From assembly GCF_009914755.1 (NCBI RefSeq), contig NC_060932.1: a DNA stretch of 64,000 nucleotides; one strand, 5' to 3'. Source of the stretch: the human T2T-CHM13v2.0 reference genome, Homo sapiens. Under the pieces are notes generated by a model. It was not told where the DNA came from, searched no databases, and was given only the letters and a program-made list of their open reading frames with translations. Positions 54,701 through 64,000 of the stretch are shown piece by piece (the stretch's first letter is position 1; each line of letters begins with the position of its first letter). The position numbers and the translations under genes are program-made.

Positions 54701-55148
54701 CAACAGCACCCAGAAGAATAAAATATCTTGGAATAAATTTAACCATCGAGGTAAGACTTGTGCACTGAATGCTACAAAGCATTGAGGAGAGTTGAAATGA
54801 GACATGAATAAATGTAAGCCCACTTGTGTTCATGGGTAGCAATGGTAGACACCAAGGATATTATTAAGATGTCAATACTACCCATGGTGAGCCACAGATT
54901 TACTACAATCCTAGTCAAAATTCCAACAGCCTTTTATGCAGAAATGGAAAAGTCCATCTTCAAATTCATGTGTAATTGCAGGAGGCCTTGAATACCCAAA
55001 ATAATCTTATTTAAACTTTCCAATTTCAAAACTTACTACAAAACTACAATAACCAAAACAGTGTGGTAATGGTATAAAGATAGACAAACAGATGAATGGA
55101 ATGAAATTAAGAGTTGAGAAATAAACCCATACATCTATGACCAATTGA
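51740..55148 (+). mobile_element. Ancient L1M (L1MD-like): 5' UTR, ORF1 and internally deleted ORF2
   Basis: New 5' UTR-like segment; ORF1 motifs 52850-53550 (CAGAACTAGGAAGCTCAGAGAACACCA); ORF2 RT-region motifs 53590-55148. Confidence 0.7.
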
Positions 55149-56093
<945 letters not shown>

Positions 56094-57983
56094 AAGTAGC
56101 TGACTGTGACCAAGTAGCTAGAAAGTGAGAGTGTTTTAATTCAGGACGACTTATAACGATTTAGCCATTTCCAGGCAAGGATTCTCGTGCATCCCAAAAA
56201 TAGACTGCTTCTCTTTAAGCTAAATGAATTCAGGTATGCCAATCCAATAAAAGTACTGAGCATAACGCTAAAGACAATAAACACATATCTGAAAAGCAAT
56301 AAACGTTTTCAATTCAGTGACTTTAAATGTTAGTTAAATTACTACACAGTGTACCTTTCACAGAGGCATGCTGCCTATAAGATAATTAAGTCTTTTCAAA
56401 TGGATGAAGTAGTTTCTCCTTCCCTGAGTAATTTACGCTGTACTAACTTGCGTATCAGCAAATAGCATAAACATGGTATACTCTTATCCTCTGAAGTCTG
56501 AAGATCCCATAGTAGATTGTCTTTAGTCTCCCCTTCCCTTTTCCCTCCCTCTCTGCTCTCTGTATTTCTCTCTTTCTCCCTTTCATGGGAATGTGTTCTC
56601 TGGCAGCATTATGCTTATGCTGAAGAGAGGGCAGCAGCTTACTATCAGGCCACCAGTTCCATGTGGAACCTCGGGGCTCCAGGGGATCACCAGCTCTGCT
56701 CTGACGGCTGTTACCTGAGCTGTGGGAAGTGCTTCTTAGGAGCAATGCCAAGGCTGCTCTGCCTTTTAAGTGCTCTTCCATTATTCTCAGAACTGCCCCT
56801 CTTAATGGATGTGCTGTTTCAGAAGATGGAAACAAAGGGAAAGACAAAAATCTATTCCTCAAAAGCTATTTAGCAAAGATGTTCAGTGTGTTGGGGAGGA
56901 GATCATAACAGCTCTTTTCTCCCCACAGAAGTTCTTGGTCTAAAAATGACACTACCACCACCACAAAGAAATGACGTGTTCTCATAAAATTCCTATCTTC
57001 CACACATGAACACTTGTCTATTTCCCATGTTCTAAATAAATTACTGGACATATTCGACAGCTATTCTTCAGAACACAGGCTTCCTTTTCTCCCAAGCTGA
57101 ATAACATATTTTGTTACCTTGTGTGGCATGGGTACTTTAGAAACTCATAAGAATTGTGAACACTTTCACGGAGAATGATGCATGCATTTTATCCAGCAAT
57201 TCAACATGCAATTCATGTGGTTCGTAGGACTTCCTGAAGTCCAAACATTTGAAAAACATAGGTGGCATATGTGTTTGTGTGCAGCAGATAAATATGCTCA
57301 TATTTAATTGTAATGAAAGCTGAGCAAATTAGAAAAAATATTGCAGGGCAATCTGAACATCAAAGCCAATTGCCAAATAGAAAAAAAAGAGGCAGGTTAA
57401 AGTGTAACTTTAAGTTAATAAATAGCCCTCGATCACTTGTTTCACTTGATGTCCAAATTAGATAATTTCTGGTGACCACTATGCTTGTTGATAAGCAAGA
57501 TACACATATTCTGAACTTTTACAAAGATAACAGTTGCACACAACCTCTTAATAGCTAAATGTAGTCTCCTTGAAAATGTCAGGCAATTACAAGTCTGTAT
57601 CTTTCTTTTCCATCTCTATTCTCTATGTTATGCCTTTTACATTGTTTTTCCGTGAAAAGATTGCAGCTAAAAAAGTTGAAATTTTAGCCAAGGTTGTTGG
57701 TGTGGTATAATAAGAAAAAGGAAGCAAGAATGTTTTTGTAAATACACTGATATGAGTATACATTTTAGAAATAAAAGATAAATTGGGCTGGGACTTACAA
57801 AATGAAACACTGTAAATGATTAAAAATAGTTTTTCTTTCTCTCCCAAGTTTATTCAGAGACACAATAGTACCTTATAGTGTTAAGGGAGCTAGAAAATGT
57901 AGAAGCTTATGAGAACTGTGCAGCATTTTACAGAAGGAGACCAACTTGGGGAAAAATGAATTTGTTTAAGAAATTCAATGTCC

Positions 57984-58250
57984 TTTTTTCATTGTGGTAA
58001 AATACATATAATATAGAATTTACCACTTTAACCATCTTTAAATGTACAGGAAAGTGACATTAACTACAGTTACCTTGTGCAATTATCACTACCATGCATA
58101 TCCAGAAGGTTTTCATCATCTCAAACTAAAATTCTGCCTCCATTAGGCAATAAGTCTCATTCTCCCCTCCTCCAATCCCTAGCAGCCACTATTATATTTT
58201 CTATCAGTCTGACTATTCCAGGTATCCCATATAATAAATAAAATTGTATT
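57984..58250 (-). mobile_element. L1MB3-like 3' end
   Basis: ATTGTGGTAAAATACATATAATATAGAATTTACCACTTTAACCATCTTTAAATGTACAG. Confidence 0.8.
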
Positions 58251-59890
58251 ATACCCTTTTACAAAGACTTCTTCCTGGATAATATGGCTTTAGAATTGAT
58301 AACAGGATTCCCTATTTGCCTCAGGACCATATTGAACAGACAGACAATGGACCTTTTACATGAAAAGGGAAATAATTAATGTAAGCTATCTAAATTTTAT
58401 GGCAGTAGAAAATAAAATAAAACAACTAAATAATTACAGCAAAATTGTTCTTGTGCTGTTGTAGACAAGGCAGGATTCCTCAGTGTCCTGTAGAGTATTT
58501 TCAAAGTCTGAAGTTTCACAGAAGCCAGATATATTCTTCTCAGAATTCTTCATTTAATTTTAATAGCATCTCGGTTTCGCCATTGCTAGGATCCCTTAAT
58601 GGAAATTTTCTACTTCCCTCTATACTTTCCACTGTCTCTTAAAAGAGATATTAAATGGCAATCAAGGAAAAGGACTGAGAGAGCCATAAGCGGCCACAGA
58701 GGGGCCATTTCTCATCACACAGGCAAGATCTCTCTCTTGGGGCCTTTCCGGGGGGATCTCTCAGAGACAGGGAGAGTAACCTATTTGGATGAAATACTAA
58801 ATAAGATGTAAATCCAGGAGAATCTTATGAATGTGCTGCCTTGCAGAGGATGGAGACAAATGAAACCTTCAAAGAAGCTATGAAATATGAATGCAATAAG
58901 CAAAAGATTGAATGTGATGAGATTCCCTTTCCTCTTCATTATTTTATTGTACTTGAGCAATAATGAAGAACTAGCAATGTAAGGTATTTTCATTAGTTAC
59001 TGGATACTTAGGTTGAGGAGCTGGAATATCTTCCTAAGCACACATTTATAATTAATGTTAGATTACATTGCTGGATACAGTTACAATGAGGCTCAATTTA
59101 CTATCATGCTTCTCCACATACAATCATACATTTTCTATTCATCATTTTCACAAGTAGAATGTTCAGTCTGGCTTACATAATTCCATATTTTGAGAGAGAA
59201 CGTTCAGGTTTATAATGTAAAATTCATTCATTTTTTTCAAAAAGTTTATTTAAATAACTAGAAGACAAGGTCAGGAGGTGAATAAATACATTATCAAAAT
59301 TGTTTTGCTATGAAACGTATAAACATTTTTGTAAAAGGAAGAATGCTAAGATGGCTAGGTAAATATTTTTATTCCCCTTTCAGCAAAGACAGAATAAATT
59401 TGTCTTAGCTATAAATGCCAATATTATAACCCAAAATCTGTTAATCTAGTCAATTCACGGAAGTTGTGTTGTTTCAGTCCCCCGTAGCGTCCTCATATTT
59501 AAAGACTATGCTGCCACATTTAAGAATCATTTAGTACTGATTATTTAGCCAAATTTTCAAGGTTTTGCAAGTAAGAACACATTGGCAAAGATCAGATCCT
59601 TGAAAAGTAACTTAGCATCAATTGCTATCACCAATTGACTTGCCTCTGGATTTGTCTTCATGATTTGAGTAACATCATACATAAAATTTAAAAACATTCT
59701 AATTTATTTCTAGCATGGGTTGTGAAGCATGTTAGATATGTTTTCATTTCTCTCCCTCACTGAGGTTAAAATAAACTGGCAGCTGAAGATCTGGCTTCAC
59801 AGACCTGCCTGTTTTAGCACCATCATTTGGGTAAATTCACATTCTCTCCAGTCACACTATGGGTTTTTTCTGTCCTCTAGGGTCAAGAAC

Positions 59891-60343
59891 TGTGAAGGGG
59901 CTGAGATTTTGCCCTACTACAAGCTGACAAGTTAGCTTGCCACAGTTAAAACAGGAATCCAGGATCAGAGATAAAAGACTTTATTACTTGTGATGCAGCA
60001 AGCAGAATGAGCTTCATGTTCACCCTGGGGATGATGCAGAGATGAACCTAGATGGATACTGTATTCACAGTGAGGTTGTGTCACAGTTGAGCAACACCAA
60101 GCTTAGGAAACCCTCAATTTTATAAGGGGGCTGCAAGTAGACCTGTTCAATCTTTATCCCAAAGGGAAGGATTATCTTTATTATCCTCGTCAGAAGAAGT
60201 CTTCCCTCTGCCCTGGAGGAAGACACTACACTACCTCTATCTTCCAAGGCTGGTTGCTACACAAACATCCTTGAAAAGATAGTATAGAAGAAAGGCTGCT
60301 ACAAGACGTATAGAAACTCTGTAAAGAATCCCGCACTCCAACA
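59891..60343 (-). mobile_element. ERVL solo LTR (MER76-like)
   Basis: TGTGAAGGGGCTGAGATTTTGCCCTACTACAAGCTGACAAGTTAGCTTGCCACAGTT...CTATCTTCCAAGGCTGGTTGCTACACAAACATCCTTGAAAAGATAG...CAACA; TG/CA ends; no clear TSD. Confidence 0.7.
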
Positions 60344-62676
60344 TCTGTCTCCTCCCATTATTCACTAGAATGAAAGATACTTTCCTTTTGACATTATCTT
60401 AAAACAATGATGGGGGAGGATGGGGAAGAGTTAAAGTAAGACTTCTAAAACTGAAAGTCGTGGTCTATCTTATAATCTTCAAACACAAAAATTCATACTT
60501 GTAAATATTTCTACATCACTTCTGATCCAAAAGGTTTAGCATTCTAAAGTTGTTGAATTTAATATAAGGTCCTGAAGCAAATTAAATGTTTATGTCCTGT
60601 CTTTTCTATTTTATACCATTACTTATTCAATGCATAAAAAATAAAAAATAAAGAATATGCATTTATTTGTCTCAAAAATTGAGAGAGTACCAACCATATT
60701 TTAAATGTAAAATAACAAACATAATTGTGGATATGGAATGTGTTGTTCTGTACTCTCTGTGGATGAATTTTAAAGTTTTCCACTGAATTCTTTGATTGCA
60801 TTTGTTGAAACGTTAAAGACATTAAAAATATCTATGAAAAATTTTCTCTAAATAGAATTTATGCAGACAAAGCAATAAGTATTTACTACACTAAACAAAA
60901 TTTTCTTTAACCTACATAAACTGCTAAAGGATTTCACATAAAAAATTGATATATCAAACTCAAAATTCTCAGTTCTTCCACAGCATTCTTTTAAAATGCT
61001 TCTGACATTAAGAATTGTTTGTTCACTGTTAACATTACATTAGCTGACCCATATCATGATCATTAGAAATAAAATTTTTAATGTCCAAAAATAGATTATT
61101 TATAATACTGCACAGTTGTCCCAAATGTTCTCTATAAATTTGACACCTGTACAATTAGAGACAGTAAACCTTCAAAGTTTCAGCAACTGTATTGCAATCA
61201 AGACTTCAAGAGCCTGAGCTGGAGGAGAATAGCCCGATGCTATGTTATATTGGCAGCACTCTTCCTGTACCCTTTGGTGTTCTGGTGTGGGGCAGTGTGT
61301 AATCTGCTATCCCCAAGTCCTTCCTGCAGTTGCAATGGAGACTCCTCATGATGATCTTCTTTGCCAACCCATAAGACTTAGATGTTTTCATAAAAATGAG
61401 AGCCCTAGGGACCTGCAATGAATTGTGATCTAAAACTAAGCCATTATTACCATAACTTCAGAGGACATCAGAAGACATCAAACAGTTTTGCTGCATGTGT
61501 ATACATCTCCAATGGTTATGAAATGTTTGTGTCACGTCTATATTTTCTGTATACAGGATAAGATAGAAAGGAGGAAAAAGAGTAATAAGAGAAAGAGTAA
61601 GTGAGGAAACAGGAGAAGCAAAAAGCATCAACAGAGCATGAGAAAAAAGAGGAGAAAAAAGCAGAAGCAGAAATGAAAGAAGAAAGTAAAAATAAGAATA
61701 AGGTTAAAGAGTAAAGCTTTGGATACTACAAATGGTAAGCAAACATGGTCAGAGATTTAAACCAGCATTCTTAGCACAATTTTAAACATTCAGGACTATG
61801 GAAATATGAAACTTCCTTAAAGGCAGACATAATTGCTTTGCATGAAAGTATTTCTCTATGACACCATATACAAATATTATATATGTACATATATAGTTTA
61901 TATAAAGAAACAGTAATATGTAAATTATACTCACAGAATAAAATAAATTTTATTCCAAGATTAAAACATATGTCTGGCCTTTATTTGTGAGGTTCTGCAA
62001 TGTGTGTAAGAAACTACTTGTGAAGGGAACCATTCAGTTTCCTTCTAGGATGAGGGGCTTATTTGCATGTCAGAGTATGTGTGTTGTTTTCATACTTCCT
62101 AACTCAGAAACAAGGAAGGTTTGAAAAGAGATGAAAACACGATTAGCTAGGAGCAGCATGTGGTCTCTCGGGCTAAAGATCAGACATATTTGCAATGTAG
62201 TTGAGGGAGAAGAAAGTTACTGGGTATAAGAATTTTCCACAGACCTGTGCATGCATTCCAGAGACCTTCACTGAGCCACTGTTAGAAACCAGTTCATGTG
62301 TTCACTACTTGAAGTACAAAGATCATAAGATTCTAGCCCCTTTCATTGCTTATTTCCTAGAGAGACAAGTGGATAAACAATACATTTTTCCCAACGGATT
62401 TGTTGGAGGATAGGAATCTGGAGCTATGTCTGTACTACAGGTTCAAGATCTAGGATCCAAAGGTCAATCTACTTTTCTAGGATTTGATTTATAAAAGTCA
62501 GTACATTTCCCCATTTTGCCTTGAAATCTCTAAAACGATAGCTAAAGGAATTGTAACTCAGTGTGAATGTGCTATAGAATTAAGTATTGATTGATGTTTG
62601 GTTTTTTATTTCTTACTTCATTTGCTTTCACTACAGGAAAAAAAAAAAAACACTTATCAAGTGCTGTATGAGCAGA

Positions 62677-62809
62677 GGCTGGGCGAGGGGGCTCACTCCT
62701 GTAATCCTAGCACTTGTTTGGGAGGCCAAGGTGGGAGGAGCACTTAAACCAAGTTGAAGATCAGCCTGGGAAACATAGTGAGATCTCTTCTTTACACACA
62801 CACACAAAT
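62677..62809 (+). mobile_element. FLAM_C-like Alu monomer with a (CA)n tail
   Basis: GGCTGGGCG...CCTGTAATCCTAGCACTT...GGGAGGCCAAGGTGGGAGGA...CAGCCTGGGAAACATAGTGAGA. Confidence 0.85.
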
Positions 62810-62903
62810 AGGTATATAAAGAGAGAGGAGACTGTGACTAATTAACTTGGTTGTTTGGAAAAGGAATCATGGAAATGCGATATTTGAATTCTGCATAAGA
62901 TAT

Positions 62904-63348
62904 TGTGTTAGTTAGTTATTGCAATGAAACAAATTACCCCAAAACTTAGTGTCATGAATGTTGGTCATCTACTCTCAGACAGGCTTGCACATATAACCTT
63001 GTAAGCTGGAGGGATTGCTGAGGAATGGCTGGGCTAGGATAGAGTCAGCTGAGAAGACTCAGCTGTTCTCTGTATCATTTCTCATCCTCTAGCAGTCATG
63101 ACCTTTTCATCGTGATGGGGAAAAAGGCCCACATGATAGCTAAAGCGTTCAAGAGTTCTCAAGGCCCAGACTTGGGACTAACATCACATCACTCCTGCCA
63201 CATCCTATTACTAAATGCAACTCTTCAGGCTACTCTGACTCAAGGGGTGAGAAAATAGATTCCAACTCTTTATGAAAACTGCCTAGACTCATCGCACTGT
63301 GTGGCTTGACAGAGGTAATTAATTAAATGTGTTATTTCAATCAATCCA
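62904..63348 (-). mobile_element. MLT1H-like MaLR LTR
   Basis: TTATTGCAATGAAACAAATTACCCCAAAACTTAGTG...CATCACTCCTGCCACATCCTATT...GAAAATAGATTCCAACTCTT. Confidence 0.72.
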
Positions 63349-64000
63349 TTTGATAAGTAGGTAAATATTTAAGTAGGTAGATAGGAGCACAGACAGGCAG
63401 ACTGGTAGATATGTGTCTGAACAACAGACTGTTACATAATCTATTGCATGGATAGATTATAACATAATATATATTTACATTTCTTCCGAAGGTTGGGTTT
63501 TCCCCCTAAGGAATATTACAAGGCTATAAATCAGTATAAAAAGAAAGCAATGATCATGTTATGTAAAATCTATAGTTATTGGAGTGTATCACCACTTTTT
63601 ATTTTTATACATTGCCTTTGGTATTGTTTGGTTGTGATGTTTTCAAAAAATAAACAAATGTAAGTTTAAAAAAGAAAAGGGATGAAAAGTTTTGTTTACT
63701 TGTCTTTTATTATAACTTGTCCCTTATCAAAATCTGTATGAGCTTGTTTTTTGGATGATCTTTTTTGAAGTATTTATGCTATCTGAAATCTACCCAGGAG
63801 GACCCCAGAGAGAACTTCAAAGAGGTTAAATGGTTCTCACTTCCAAAAAGTTGACTGAGAATGTTTTCACCACACTTGAGTGGCATTTTTATTTAGTCTG
63901 ACAAAAGTGCAAGTTTTATGGTATTTACAAAAGTGCAAAAATTTGCTCTTGGGGAGCTGGGGAGTATGCCTCTAAAAAGCAGATAGTCACCCTCCTGAGA

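Noticed and set aside
56455-56873. Overlapping 135-aa and 118-aa ORFs
   Set aside because: Length is inflated by the stop-free CT-rich tract; no recognisable family
63901-63938. ACAAAAGTGCAA repeated at 26-bp spacing
   Set aside because: Only two short copies; not an array

Overview
AT-rich, CpG-depleted primate (human-like) non-coding DNA, either intergenic or inside a large intron. I found no credible host protein-coding gene, structural RNA gene or CRISPR array. More than half of the window is recognisable transposon debris: a near-full-length but dead L1PA4/5-type LINE-1 (36295-42287, minus strand), older L1PA/L1PB/L1M fragments forming an almost continuous ~20 kb L1 block (36.3-56.1 kb), Alu/FLAM/FRAM, MIR and L2 elements, solo LTRs (LTR1/27/28 group, MER4A, MER67, MSTA, LTR36-like, MER76-like, MLT1), and Tigger1 and hAT-Charlie DNA-transposon fossils. 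The long ORFs in the track are L1 ORF1/ORF2/ORF0 or Tigger1 remnants, or chance ORFs. The most notable observations concern DNA rearrangement: three short direct copies (86, 77 and 20 bp) placed 1-2 kb downstream of their source, a deletion fusing MER67 to the L1PA 3' UTR, a possible 5'-inverted ancient L1, and palindromes overwriting repeat consensus. The L1PA 5' UTR keeps its ZNF93 segment and an ORF0 whose first splice donor precedes its premature stop. Subfamily names come from my recall of consensus sequences and need RepeatMasker/Dfam confirmation. I see no convincing evidence of a new biological system.
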